64,000 nucleotides of DNA from an uncultured Gemmatimonadales bacterium (GCA_963842945.1 CAWJIM010000018.1:32001-96000); one strand, 5' to 3'. Shown: positions 18,445 through 28,703, counted from the stretch's first letter. Made by a program: numbers and translations. The notes: generated by a model not told the origin, from the letters alone.

Positions 18445-20315
18445 ATGACCTCACCCCGTCCTGAGCCCGGAACAGCCCGCGAACGGATCCGCACCGTGAT
18501 CGTGGACGATCACGATCAGGTTGGGCTGCTGGTCGCCCGGCGCATCGCCGATCTTATTCAGGCCCGGCACCGGGCGGGAGCCCGCGCGGTGCTCGGTCTG
18601 GCCACCGGATCTACCCCTGTAGGAGTCTACCGCGAGCTCATTCGGATGCACCAGCAGGAAGGCTTGAGCTTTGCGGACGTGGTCACCTTCAATCTGGACG
18701 AGTACTACCCCATGGACCCGGGCAGCATCCATTCCTATCACCGGTTCATGTGGGAAAATCTTTTCGCTCACCTGGATATTCTGCCCCACAACGTTCACCT
18801 GCCCCGGGGGGACGTCCCGCGGGATGCGGTGGAAGATGAGTGCCGTTGCTACGAAGAGAAGATCCGGGCGGCCGGCGGAATCGATCTGCAGATTCTGGGA
18901 ATTGGGCGGACCGGTCACATCGGCTTCAATGAGCCCGGCTCCGGCGCGGAGAGCCGCACTCGGCTGGTGACCCTGGACCTGATAACCCGGAAAGACACGG
19001 CAGCCGATTTCTTCGGAGAGGAGAACGTACCTCGAGAAGCCCTGACCATGGGAGTGGAGACCATCTTCGAGGCACGAGAGATCCTGATTCTCGCCACTGG
19101 TGAGCACAAGTCCGCCATCGTGCGCCGGGCGGTCGAGGGAGAAGTGGACCACGAGGTGGCCGCGACTTTCCTCCAGAACCACGGCAATACCACCTGCTAC
19201 CTCGATCGCGCGGCGGCGGCGGAGCTCACCCGGGTGGCGACACCCTGGCTACTGGGGCCGGTTGAGTGGACGCCGGCGGGGGTGGTCCGGGCCGTCGTCT
19301 GGCTTTCGCATCAGACCGGAAAGGCCATCCTGAAGCTGACGCAGCGGGATTACGCCGAGCACCATCTGTCTTCCCTGGTGGCTCGCTACGGCACGCCCGG
19401 CTCTTTGAATGGTGAGGTATTCAACGCCCTCGGGGCCAAGATCCGGGGACGCTCCAAGCTGCCCCGCCACAGCCGCATCATCTGTTTCTCCCCCCATCCC
19501 GACGACGACGTGATCTCCATGGGAGGCATTCTCCACAAGCTCGCCGTCAACGGGAACCAGCTGACAGTGGCCTACATGACCAGTGGCAATCTGGCGGTGT
19601 TCGACCACGACGTTCGGCGCCATCTGGACTTCATCCGGCGGCTGGCCGGTGAGCGCCACCTGCCCGACGCCGCCGCGCTGGAGCTGGAGCGCCGGATCAC
19701 CGAGTTTCTGGCCCGCAAGCGGCCGGGCGATGTGGACATTCCCGAGGTGCAGGACGCCAAGCGCCTGATTCGAGAGTCCGAGGCCGTGGCCGGCATCCGC
19801 ACGCTTGGGCTGGAGGATCATGCAGCCCGATTCCTGGATCTGCCCTTCTATCAGACCGGCAAGGTGAAGAAGGATCCGATCGGACCGGAGGACATCACCA
19901 TCGTGCGGAACCTCCTGGAGGAGATTCGGCCCGAGCTGGTCTTCGTGGCGGGAGATCTCTCCGATCCTCACGGAACCCACCGGCTCTGCAAAGAGGCGGT
20001 CGAGCGCGCGCTGGAGCTCTATGTCCAGGGCGGCGGCAAACGGCCCGATGTGTGGCTCTATCGGGGAGCCTGGCAGGAGTGGTCGGTCACCGAAGCAACC
20101 TGGCTGGTCCCGCTGTCTCAGGAAGAGCTGCGGCTCAAGATCCAGGCAATCTTCAAGCATCAATCACAGAAGGACACTGCCCCGTTTCCCGGACCGGATG
20201 AGCGGGAGTTCTGGCAGACGGGTCGAAGCCCGCAATAAGAACACTGCCGCGGAGCTCGACCGGCTGGGCTCTGGCCGAATATTTCGCCATGGAGGCCTAT
20301 GTAGTCGCCCCGTGA
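18445..20315 (+). CDS. nagB: Glucosamine-6-phosphate deaminase fused to PIG-L-type deacetylase domain (3' frameshifts)
   Basis: LGLATGSTP, FNLDEY, GHIGFNEPG; PHPDDD, DPHGTH, H.SQ; C-terminus ..AMEAYVVAP* in another frame. Confidence 0.92.
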
Positions 20316-20380
20316 CCGACCTCACCTCGAGCGTTGCTGCCAATGACTAGGGTAAATCAGGTCAAATCATCGAGGGTTAG

Positions 20381-21013
20381 GTGTCGCGTCACGTTCCATC
20401 GCTGCTGCTCCTGCTGCTCCTCTCAACTCCGCTGAGCGGGGTTGCCTCCCAGTCCACCTCAGCCCGACCAGTCGTAACCATCACCCCCACCGCCGGCCCC
20501 TTCGACTTCGGCGACTATTTCACCGGACCGGTCGGAGTGACCTTTTCCAATCAGGGTGCCCCAGGATACGGCGGAGAGCTTTCGGTTCGGGTCTGGAAAG
20601 GCGTGAGCGTGCTCGGCTCCGTGCTGCACGCGAGCTCGAACTGGAGCTTCGACGACATTCCCCTGCTGGGAAGGGTAACCGTCGAGGGAGCAAGCCTCTG
20701 GTTCTATGACCTCGGAGTGAGGGGCCAGGCCCGGCTGGCCAGCTCGAGTCCGCTCTCCGCCTTTGCTCAGCTGGGCGCCGGTGCCATCCACTATTCGGTA
20801 GACAATCCGCTGTTCTCCGGCAGTGCCTTCAACGTCACCTTTTCGGGGGGAGTGGGCCTGATCGCCAACCTGGGCGAGCGATTCACCCTCCAAGGCCTGG
20901 TGAAGGACTACTACGCATCATTCCGGAGTGTGGATGACGCCGCGGCATATGGAGTTGAAGGCCAGCGGGCGCACACGCTGGCCCTGCTCTTCGGACTGGG
21001 CATTGGGTTGTGA
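20381..21013 (+). CDS. Outer-membrane beta-barrel-like protein
   Basis: Signal peptide, alternating beta pattern, hydrophobic terminal strand. Confidence 0.65.
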   Translation: MSRHVPSLLLLLLLSTPLSGVASQSTSARPVVTITPTAGPFDFGDYFTGPVGVTFSNQGAPGYGGELSVRVWKGVSVLGSVLHASSNWSFDDIPLLGRVTVEGASLWFYDLGVRGQARLASSSPLSAFAQLGAGAIHYSVDNPLFSGSAFNVTFSGGVGLIANLGERFTLQGLVKDYYASFRSVDDAAAYGVEGQRAHTLALLFGLGIGL

Positions 21014-21025
21014 CCCAGCTCGGCG

Positions 21026-21346
21026 TCAGGCAGTGTCGAGCACACGGTAGACCACCCAGTGTTGAGACCCCGGAACCACGAACGGCGCCAGCGCATCCGA
21101 GTGACTTCGGAACTGGGGTGCCGCCATACCCGCCAGGGCGAGCTCGAAATCGGCCAGTGACTCGAACCAGTACTCGTCGACTACGTGCGATGCGGACGGA
21201 CCAATCATTCCAGCCAGGAGCCGGGTGCCTTTTGCCCGCTTGAACTCCGAGCTGGCGAACTTCTCCTTACCCCACGCCCGCATCACTCGAACCGCATCCG
21301 CCTGCTTGCCGTAGAGAATGTCGAGATGCCACTGACACACGAACAT
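21026..21346 (-). CDS. Hypothetical protein, dimeric alpha/beta-barrel (NIPSNAP-like)
   Basis: GGAG RBS; FESLADFE..L, VVPGS.HW.VYR. Confidence 0.6.
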   Translation of the reverse strand: MFVCQWHLDILYGKQADAVRVMRAWGKEKFASSEFKRAKGTRLLAGMIGPSASHVVDEYWFESLADFELALAGMAAPQFRSHSDALAPFVVPGSQHWVVYRVLDTA

Positions 21347-21359
21347 TGATCTGCTCCGA

Positions 21360-21891
21360 CTAAGGAAGGTTTCGACCGACTAGGTCCACGGGAGCAACTC
21401 TCAGCTGCCGTTCGATGAGCTGCACCGCTTCGTCCGGTGTGGCAGCATTGAGCAACCGGCCGCCGCGCATTCCGCCGAAAAGCTCTCGGGCAGCAGAATC
21501 GGCCCCCAGCAGAATCACCGGCTTCTCCGCCTTCAGCGCCAGCGCCACCTCGGAAGCCGTGCCCGGCCCCTCGACTCCACACGCGATGACGACGTCGCTG
21601 GTCAACACGTTGATCATGTTCCGGGCCTCACCCATCCCCGTGAAGACGGCAATGTCTACATCGGGACCGGTTCACTCCGCCGGCGCTCGGGAGGATACCG
21701 AGCGTCAAACTGCCCGCCACCTCCTTCGCCCCGGCAGACGCGGCGGCCATGACGCCTTCCGGCCGTCCTCCGGTGAGCACAATCCAACCGCGCTGAGCCA
21801 GGAGTGTGCCCAGCTCGCGCGCGAAGGCGAGGTTCTGGATGCTCGCCTCACCGGCACCCATAACGCCGATCACCGGCCGGCGGGGCGGCAC
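21360..21891 (-). CDS. LOG/TIGR00725-like Rossmann-fold protein (frameshifted near 21670)
   Basis: VIGVMG, LTGG..GVM.AA..GA; TGMGEARN.INVLTSD, GT.SEVALA. Confidence 0.8.
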
Positions 21892-21945
21892 TAGCTCATT
21901 CCGGCGGACATGCCTCGGTCCCCGATCATCGAGTGAGATGTGAGC

Positions 21946-22170
21946 CTACGGCCGTCTCGGCCGTAGCAGATGCCAGAGCAGCGCCGCCAACCCAATACTG
22001 AGCAACGCCGCGGTCGTGTTGACCAGGAAAAACGTCCGATAGGCGTCAGCGCCGGAAGCATCGCGGCCCACCCAGCTGTGCCATTCCTGCCAGGCGCGAA
22101 CCGCTCCCACGATGCTGTTTCCGGCCAGTATCCCGCCGATCAAGACCAAGCCATAACGTAGCGCCTTCAC
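21946..22170 (-). CDS. Small 2-TM hypothetical protein
   Basis: GAGGAAGAG RBS, two hydrophobic helices. Confidence 0.55.
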   Translation of the reverse strand: MKALRYGLVLIGGILAGNSIVGAVRAWQEWHSWVGRDASGADAYRTFFLVNTTAALLSIGLAALLWHLLRPRRP

Positions 22171-22194
22171 CTCTTCCTCCGAGGGCCTTGAATC

Positions 22195-22223
22195 TTGACA
22201 AGGCTACCCCATGGGGGTATCTT
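22195..22223 (+). promoter_or_regulatory. Sigma70 promoter with CsoR/RcnR-type operator in the spacer
   Basis: TTGACA-17bp-TATCTT; TACCCCATGGGGGTA palindrome at 22205-22219. Confidence 0.55.
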
Positions 22224-22525
22224 CTCCCCGTCGCGAGCCCATCCCCTGGGGAAGAGAGATGGCGCTACCCGGGCGTCCATTCCATCGCGAACCGTGCCGT
22301 AACTGGCTCGGCGAACACAACTTAAAACCTTGACCGTCCGGCTGGTTGTCAGGCCGGAAATTCCCTGCCGCCGACCATCGTGGTCAGCCTGCTGCTGTCA
22401 CGGCCCTGCCGCCAAATGACCGCAGCGCGCTTCCAGTGCGTGTGGGGTGTCACGACCCTCCCTCCGGGAGAGAAAGTGTGCGCATGGGCATGAACTCTCA
22501 CCAGGTACATTGGGGCAGATGGCCC

Positions 22526-23557
22526 ATGCTCCGGACCGTGATGTCTGGAGCATTCCTCGCCTTCGTGGTTGCCTGTAGCGGCAACGAAGGTCTCAGTCCT
22601 ACGGTGGAGGCTCCGTCTACCACTCCCCCTCCCGTCGACAGCGCCTCTACGCCGGTCGACAGCAGCACCACCGCTCCAACCGATTCGCTCACGCCTCCCG
22701 ACACAACCGGTTTCAGCGGAGCCGTTGGGGCAATCGATAACCGTTCCAGTCTCCCGGGAATCGTCTTTGCCTCCGGCGAGATGGACAACCAATACCTGAA
22801 TACCGTCCACACCGGCTCGAAGCGAGGCGGCGGTCTCACTCCGCAAAATATTATCCAGCTGCTGAACGAGGCCCGGGCCCGCGGTGGCCGCATCGTTGTC
22901 AAGCTCTGTATGGGTCGTGACAGCTACGTCAAGAACCCGGATGGGACCTTCAGCCTCACCAAGTGGAAGGAGCTGGTCGGCCGGTTCAGAAGCGTGAATC
23001 TCACGCCTTATATCAATGACGGGACCATCGTCGGGCACTTCCTGATCGACGAGCCCCACCGCACCGCCAAGTGGGGTGGCAAGATCATTCCTCAGGCCAC
23101 GGTCGAGGCCATGGCCCAGTACAGCAAGCAGCTCTGGCCCACCATGACCACCTTCGTCCATACCCAGATGGACTGGCTCGCCGGCACACCGGTGACCTAC
23201 CGGTATCTGGATGCCGGCTGGGCACAGTACATGGCTGGTAAGGGAGATATCAATAACTGGGCGGCGGGTGAGATCACCCGCGCCAAGAGCAAGGGCCTCG
23301 GGCTGTTGCTCGGGTTGAATGTGATTGCCGGCAGCACCGCGAGCGGCGGGTTGAGGGGCTACTACCCTGGTTACTATGCGATGAACGCTACCCAGCTCAA
23401 GAGCTGGGGGACCGCCCTCCTCAACCAGAGCTATGCCTGCGCCTTCTTCATGTGGCAGTTCAACTCGGCCTACTACGGCCGCTCGGATATCAAGGCTTCG
23501 ATGTCCGCGTTATCCGCCATGGCCAAGGCCCACCCCAAGACCTCGTGCCAGCAGTAG
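22526..23557 (+). CDS. Lipoprotein with Pro/Thr/Ser linker and putative glycoside-hydrolase-like domain
   Basis: Lipobox VVAC; PTS-rich linker; LIDEP motif; aromatic-rich; start codon uncertain. Confidence 0.7.
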   Translation: MLRTVMSGAFLAFVVACSGNEGLSPTVEAPSTTPPPVDSASTPVDSSTTAPTDSLTPPDTTGFSGAVGAIDNRSSLPGIVFASGEMDNQYLNTVHTGSKRGGGLTPQNIIQLLNEARARGGRIVVKLCMGRDSYVKNPDGTFSLTKWKELVGRFRSVNLTPYINDGTIVGHFLIDEPHRTAKWGGKIIPQATVEAMAQYSKQLWPTMTTFVHTQMDWLAGTPVTYRYLDAGWAQYMAGKGDINNWAAGEITRAKSKGLGLLLGLNVIAGSTASGGLRGYYPGYYAMNATQLKSWGTALLNQSYACAFFMWQFNSAYYGRSDIKASMSALSAMAKAHPKTSCQQ

Positions 23558-23575
23558 GCTGATGTCTCCAGCCAG

Positions 23576-23612
23576 CGAGAGGCCGGTCCACTCGGGCCGG
23601 CCTCTCGGTTTC
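23576..23612. terminator. Hairpin terminator between convergent genes
   Basis: CGAGAGGCCGG..CCGGCCTCTCG stem. Confidence 0.65.
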
Positions 23613-23622
23613 GGGCGAAGAT

Positions 23623-23856
23623 TCAGACGTGGTCGACCGCAGCCGGGACTCCACTCTCCCGCGCGCAGTGAGCACAACAGAAGAACGTCCCCTCCGCTTC
23701 GATCCCGTGTCCCACGATCTTGCATCCACAGTGCTCGCAGACGGGCGCCAGTTTGTGGATGGCGCACTCAAAGCTGTCGAACGTATGGGTCTGGCCGGCC
23801 GTGACCACCTGGAACGACATATGGTAATCGTTGCCGCACACCTCACATCGAGCCAT
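23623..23856 (-). CDS. Cys/His-rich metallothionein-like protein (77 aa)
   Basis: CEVCGN, FDSFECAIH, CEHCGC, FCCAHCA; CAGGAGG RBS. Confidence 0.8.
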   Translation of the reverse strand: MARCEVCGNDYHMSFQVVTAGQTHTFDSFECAIHKLAPVCEHCGCKIVGHGIEAEGTFFCCAHCARESGVPAAVDHV

Positions 23857-23939
23857 TGAACCCTCCTGGTCCGAGCCGCACGATACGGCCACCCCGAAGA
23901 GTGGCCCGTCGGCTCCGGAAATTCCAGCGGGGCAATCGC

Positions 23940-24254
23940 TCAGGGCTCGTTGTTTCGGCGGGCCTCCATCAGCTGGGCCAGATTTGATGGCCTGGTGCCC
24001 AGCAGGGCGCCGGTGGGGCTGACGTAAATTGCGGCCCCATTCGGCCCGAACTCGCGCGCTTGAGGATAGGAGATGATCCAGCCCCGCGGCTGCCCTCGCA
24101 GCACCGAGATGCCCTTGTACGCAAAGCGGCTGGCCGGCGGGCCGAGGCCCTGGGGATTGGGACCCATCACTTTGCCGGCGGTAAAACGCGCGCCGGCAAA
24201 GGAGGCACCCAGCAGAGCGGCGGCAATGACCAGCAGAAGGAAGAGTGCCCGCAT
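23940..24254 (-). CDS. Hypothetical exported protein
   Basis: Signal/TM N-terminus; GGGAG RBS. Confidence 0.6.
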   Translation of the reverse strand: MRALFLLLVIAAALLGASFAGARFTAGKVMGPNPQGLGPPASRFAYKGISVLRGQPRGWIISYPQAREFGPNGAAIYVSPTGALLGTRPSNLAQLMEARRNNEP

Positions 24255-24274
24255 GGGCTCCCGTCAGAAGAGGT

Positions 24275-24427
24275 TCAACCGCGCCGTTTGAAGAACTGCA
24301 CGGCCCGCTCGTGCTTCTCGGCTGCGGCGCGAGTCTTGAACGTGCCCAGATTTCGCCGCTTTCCCGTCCGGGGATCCTTTTTCCTGGAGTACAGCCGGTA
24401 CTCCCCACTGGACAGCTTTCGAATCAT
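24275..24427 (-). CDS. Small basic 50-aa protein (not in ORF track)
   Basis: MIRKLSSGEYRLYSRKKDPRTGKRRNLGTFKTRAAAEKHERAVQFFKRRG; ATGA overlap with upstream VOC gene. Confidence 0.75.
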   Translation of the reverse strand: MIRKLSSGEYRLYSRKKDPRTGKRRNLGTFKTRAAAEKHERAVQFFKRRG

Positions 24428-24795
24428 CCTGCTGCCTCCTTCAGCTGCTTCCACATTCCCAGAACCCGTCCGTCCGGGTCCTCGAACAAGGAGAGCTGGC
24501 CCACCCCGGGCACGTCCACCTTATCCACCAGGATCTTTCCCCCTGCCCGCCGGATCTTGTCGCCGAAACGATCCAGGTCATCCACGTCGATGTAGAGCGC
24601 AAGCTTGGCGGGCCAGGGGCCGGATTTCGGCTTCATGATGCCTCCGCCGATCCCGCCGGGACCACCGGGCTCCACCAGCTGGTAGTCGAGCGCAGGGATC
24701 GGGCGGATGTTCCAGCCGAATACCGCACGGTAGAACTCCGCGGTTCCGGCGGGATCCTCCGACCAGAACTCCCAGTGGACCACAGGCTGTCCCAT
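24424..24795 (-). CDS. VOC/glyoxalase family protein
   Basis: PVVHWEF, FY..VFGW, YIDVDDLD, F.DPDG. Confidence 0.9.
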   Translation of the reverse strand: MGQPVVHWEFWSEDPAGTAEFYRAVFGWNIRPIPALDYQLVEPGGPGGIGGGIMKPKSGPWPAKLALYIDVDDLDRFGDKIRRAGGKILVDKVDVPGVGQLSLFEDPDGRVLGMWKQLKEAAG

Positions 24796-24806
24796 GCCTC
24801 ACGCCC

Positions 24807-25145
24807 TCACTTGATTACCACGGCGGTTCCGCTGGCGCTCACCATGAGCATCCCGCCGCCGGAGCCCATCGTGATGGTCTCATAATCCAGATCCACCCCG
24901 ACCACCGCGTTTCCTCCCAGCCGGGCTGCCTCTTCCTGCATCTCGTCCAGGGCAATGGTCTTGGCCTTGCGCAGCTCCTCTTCGTACGCGGCCGAACGCC
25001 CGCCTACGATGTCTCGGATGCCGGCGAACAGGTCACGGAAGATGTTGGCCCCCAGGATGGCTTCGCCACTGACGAGGCCGAGATATTGAGAGATGGCCCG
25101 GCCCTCGAGGCTGGGCGTGGTGACGACGAGCATGTGACTCCTCAT
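24807..25145 (-). CDS. YbjQ/UPF0145 family protein
   Basis: [32 protein letters not shown]. Confidence 0.92.
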   Translation of the reverse strand: MRSHMLVVTTPSLEGRAISQYLGLVSGEAILGANIFRDLFAGIRDIVGGRSAAYEEELRKAKTIALDEMQEEAARLGGNAVVGVDLDYETITMGSGGGMLMVSASGTAVVIK

Positions 25146-25196
25146 TGCTTCGGTTGACCTGTACCGGAGAGCCGCCCTCGGGGTTCCTTGCCCAAC

Positions 25197-25781
25197 CTAG
25201 CAAACAGATCTCCTACAAGCCACGCCGCATGACCGACTCGGCGCCTGGGCCCTCACGAACTCAGCGGCATCTTTCGCCAGCATCCAGCCTGCCCCGATAG
25301 CAATCAGGTAGAGCAGCACGCCGGCCAGATAAACAACGCCTCCGATCAGCTGGTCCTGCTTCAGCAGTCCCCAGTTGCCCAGCAACCAGGCCCAGTCGTG
25401 CTCCCCACCGCCCACCAGCGGTAATGCCTGCAGGCGAGCGTCTCGGATATACACCGAAATATTCCAGCAATTCTGGCCCAGCCACCAGAGCGGAACCGTG
25501 GCCCCGTGCACGTCACCCTGCCGCCAGAGCGCCCCGGCGAACACCGACGGCACGATGAGCTGCATCAGTGTCCCACCCATCACACCCAGGGTCTCGCCGC
25601 CGGCTGCGAAGACCAGATGTCCGGTCTCGTGAATAGCCAGGTCGAGACTATCCAGCCAGCGAAACGCCTCCGGAGACCGGAGGCAGATCCAGCCGTACAC
25701 CGCAAGGACCAGCGTCAAACCCAGCCGCCAGTGGAACACCGGGGCCGAGGCCTCATCGTGCGGCGGGATAGGCCGGCTCAC
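25197..25781 (-). CDS. Membrane protein with HExxH (peptidase M50B-like)
   Basis: IHETGH, GGT..QL..P, YI.DA, HDW. Confidence 0.7.
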   Translation of the reverse strand: MSRPIPPHDEASAPVFHWRLGLTLVLAVYGWICLRSPEAFRWLDSLDLAIHETGHLVFAAGGETLGVMGGTLMQLIVPSVFAGALWRQGDVHGATVPLWWLGQNCWNISVYIRDARLQALPLVGGGEHDWAWLLGNWGLLKQDQLIGGVVYLAGVLLYLIAIGAGWMLAKDAAEFVRAQAPSRSCGVACRRSVC

Positions 25782-26167
25782 ACCAGGGTGGCGCCGGCCT
25801 GGGCTAACAACTCCCGCAACACCGACCGGTGGCAGCTCCGCTCGTCCTCACAGAAGCAGCCCATCGAAAGATTGACGTCGGCGCTGAGAGCGGCCAGAAG
25901 CTCGAGTATACGCGATGCGGGCGCCTGCGACATTTCAGACCGATATCGCCGGGCAAAGGTTTCCCACCGGCGGCCGGTCAGCGGCTGGGAGCGCGCCCAC
26001 TTGAGCAGTGCAGCACTGGGTGCCAGCTCCGGCAGCCACACGTCGTAGTAGTTCAACCGGGAATAATCGGCCTTGGCTACGCCGCGGGGAGGACGCCGCA
26101 CCGTACCCAGCCTGATGCCTTCCTCCGGGGCACGCGGGGATCCGAGCTGGACGATGCGAATGCCCAT
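25778..26167 (-). CDS. DUF488 family protein
   Basis: [26 protein letters not shown]. Confidence 0.85.
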   Translation of the reverse strand: MGIRIVQLGSPRAPEEGIRLGTVRRPPRGVAKADYSRLNYYDVWLPELAPSAALLKWARSQPLTGRRWETFARRYRSEMSQAPASRILELLAALSADVNLSMGCFCEDERSCHRSVLRELLAQAGATLV

Positions 26168-26179
26168 GGTTGAATACGG

Positions 26180-27590
26180 CTAGAACCGGCTGACATCGAA
26201 GAAGACCAGCCGCCAGTCGGGAGAGTAATAGAGACTCGCTATCACCCTCGTTTCGGGTCCCTTCCCTATCGCATAACAGGCGCGCGCAACCGGCGAGGAA
26301 AGCCAGCTGATATTTCGGCCACTGACATTGTCGCAGCCCAGCGATTGCCAGCCCTCTATCGGTCCCAGCTCCTCGCTGAGCTCGCGCCGGGACGACGGAG
26401 ACAGAAATTGCTGCAGTCCGGGTGTAGTCACAGCTGTGTCGGCCGCCTTGGCCACCCGGGCCAGCACCTGCTCGTCTCGAATGGGAGGTCTCGGATCCGG
26501 TAGCGGCGCGCTCAGCCGGTGAGGCGGAGTGAGTGCCGGCTCGAAGAGCCCAGCGATTCCTTCCGCGAGAGCGCTCGGCTGTGCCTGCGCCAGATTGGCC
26601 AGCGCAATCACGGTCAGGCCGTACTCCGGGTACCGATAGATCGCGGTCTTGAAACCCTGCCAGGAACCGGTGTGACCAATCCGCGGATGCCCCCGCTGCG
26701 GCGTGAGGTCCCAGCCGAATCCGTAGGGATACCGGCCGCCGCTGTTCAGTCGAACCCGAGACCAGGCGAGCTGCAGCGCCGTCGAGTCCGGGACCCGAAG
26801 GTGATCCAGCGAGTGCGCCCATTCCACCAGGTCGTTGATGCTCAGGTACAAGCGAGCCGTCGGCCGTCGTGTTGAGGGAGGGCGCCACCCAGTCCTGGTT
26901 CTTGAGCTCGCCCTTGACCAGCTGGTATCCGGCGCTGCGGTTGGGCACGATGTCCGCCTCGGAGATGATCCGGGTGGTGCGCATCTCGAGGGGACCGAAG
27001 ATCAGTTGCTGCAGAACGTCGCCGTAAAACCGGCCGGTCACCCGATGAATCAGGACCCCCAGGAGGAGATATCCCGTGTTGCTGTAGGACCAGCGATCAC
27101 CCGGCGGGAAATCCAGGGGCTTCGAAGCCGCGAACTTCACCAGCTGGTCTTCGGTGTAATCCTTTCGGTAGTCGAACGTGGAATCGGTGTACTCGGCCAT
27201 GCCCGAGGTGTGGGTCAACAGATGCCGCACGGTGATGTCCTTCCATGCGGCGCCTCCCTCCGAAAGCCATTTGCTGATCTTGTCGTCCAGGCTCAGGCGC
27301 CCCTGCTCTGCCAGCATCACGACCGCGGCAGCCGTAAACTGCTTACCCAGAGAGCCTGACTGGTACAGTGTGCTCTCGCTGGCCGCTACCTGAAGCTCCA
27401 CATTTGCCAGGCCGTACCCGCGCCGGAGCAGAACACTGTCGTTCCGCACGACGGCGATGGAGACGCCGGGGATGTGCTGCCGGCTCATCTCGGTCGTGAC
27501 GTACCGATCGACAGCGCTGAGAGCAGATTGCTGTCCCGCGACGGAGCCCCATGGCACCAGCAACAGGGCAACGACGAATGGTCGAGTCAA
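26180..27590 (-). CDS. Serine hydrolase, class C beta-lactamase-like (frameshift near 26850)
   Basis: SLGK, LLTHTSG, YSNTGY, GHTGSW. Confidence 0.88.
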
Positions 27591-27594
27591 CGGC

Positions 27595-28113
27595 TCAGGC
27601 CACTCCTGCGGCGGCGGTCCGAGACCGGCGCGCGTATGACATGGGAGACTTGCCCAGCTGCCGGCGGATGAACCCAATCTGGCCCAGATGATAGGAGTCA
27701 TGCTGGACCAGGAACGCTACCATGCCCAGCCGGGTGGTGTCTTCCGCCAGAAACCGTTGCGCCGTTGGCTCCGCCAGCTCGGTAGTAGTCAACCGGTCGA
27801 GTACCGATTGCAGATGAGCGCTCACTCCCGCCCACGCCCAGCGGATCTCCTCCAGGCTGGGCCATTCGGTGATGTCGTCCATGCTCCGCACATCGGCGAG
27901 GTAGTGGGCAATGGGATTGACCAGGGTGTGTCCCAGACGTGCGACCAGGAAATGCCTCGAGTCCGTGAGGTGCTCAGCCAGAAAGGTGATGCTGTTTCCT
28001 CCGGCTTCGAGTCTCCGTTGCGCTTCGCTGTCGGAGAGTCCTTCGAGGCAGTTCAGCAGCAGATCCGTGTTGAGATCATATAGTGCGGCGAGTGGCCTGA
28101 CTTGTGGCTCCAT
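27595..28113 (-). CDS. DinB family protein
   Basis: [21 protein letters not shown]. Confidence 0.88.
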   Translation of the reverse strand: MEPQVRPLAALYDLNTDLLLNCLEGLSDSEAQRRLEAGGNSITFLAEHLTDSRHFLVARLGHTLVNPIAHYLADVRSMDDITEWPSLEEIRWAWAGVSAHLQSVLDRLTTTELAEPTAQRFLAEDTTRLGMVAFLVQHDSYHLGQIGFIRRQLGKSPMSYARRSRTAAAGVA

Positions 28114-28189
28114 GGCGCCTCCTCGTGCAGCGGGCCGTTCGGCGTAAAATACACGCCCTTGTCCCGGTCCAGCGACGGGTCCGACAACT

Positions 28190-28297
28190 GCTCACCACGG
28201 AGGCACGGAATGCACGGAGGTAGCACGGACTCCTGGTTCAGCGTAGGAGTCGTTTGATCCCAAAGGGCAAGATCTCGACATTGAAATATCAAACAAC
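28190..28297 (+). repeat. Left arm of inverted repeat around GxxExxY gene (4x CACGG in outer 53 bp)
   Basis: 28190-28242 matches revcomp of 28651-28703 at 46/53 with no gaps; gapped similarity continues inward. Confidence 0.88.
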
Positions 28298-28600
28298 AGT
28301 CCCGAGGACACTGTCCCGCAGGCGCATGTCGGTCATCAGCTGGGACGAATGGATAGGCAGGAGGTTTCTCGACCGATTTGATTTCGACGATTACGGCGTT
28401 CTCCACCAGCATATCGATGATATAGCCCTTCGGCAGGGTGGACACCCTTGTATTCTATGGGTTGCATCACCTGGCTCTCGTCGAGATTCCCCTTAGGTCC
28501 ATCTCTCGGCAAAGACACGTCTCATAGCTCGATTCCAGAAGGCCCGGCCCCAGATGCCGGTGACACTACATGCGCCTGCCCGAATGTCTTTGGAGTTGTT
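28238..28600 (-). CDS. GxxExxY (PD-(D/E)xK-type) protein, heavily frameshifted
   Basis: Pieced frames: [64 protein letters not shown]. Confidence 0.85.
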
Positions 28601-28703
28601 GGATTTCGATGCTCGCAGATCTTCCTGCTTTGGAAATGAAACGACTCTTAGCTGAACCAGCAATCCGTGCTCCTTCCGTGTCTTCCGTGTCTCCGTGGTG
28701 AGC
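28595..28703 (-). repeat. Right arm of inverted repeat; extra partial copy at 28713-28727
   Basis: revcomp GCTCACCACGGAGACACGGAAGACACGGAAGGAGCACGGATTGCTGGTTCAGC. Confidence 0.88.

Noticed and set aside
28190..28703. CRISPR array or DGR template/variable repeat pair
   Set aside because: Units are 5-bp cores with 3-6 bp gaps and no spacers; mismatches between arms are not adenine-specific; no cas or reverse transcriptase gene is visible.
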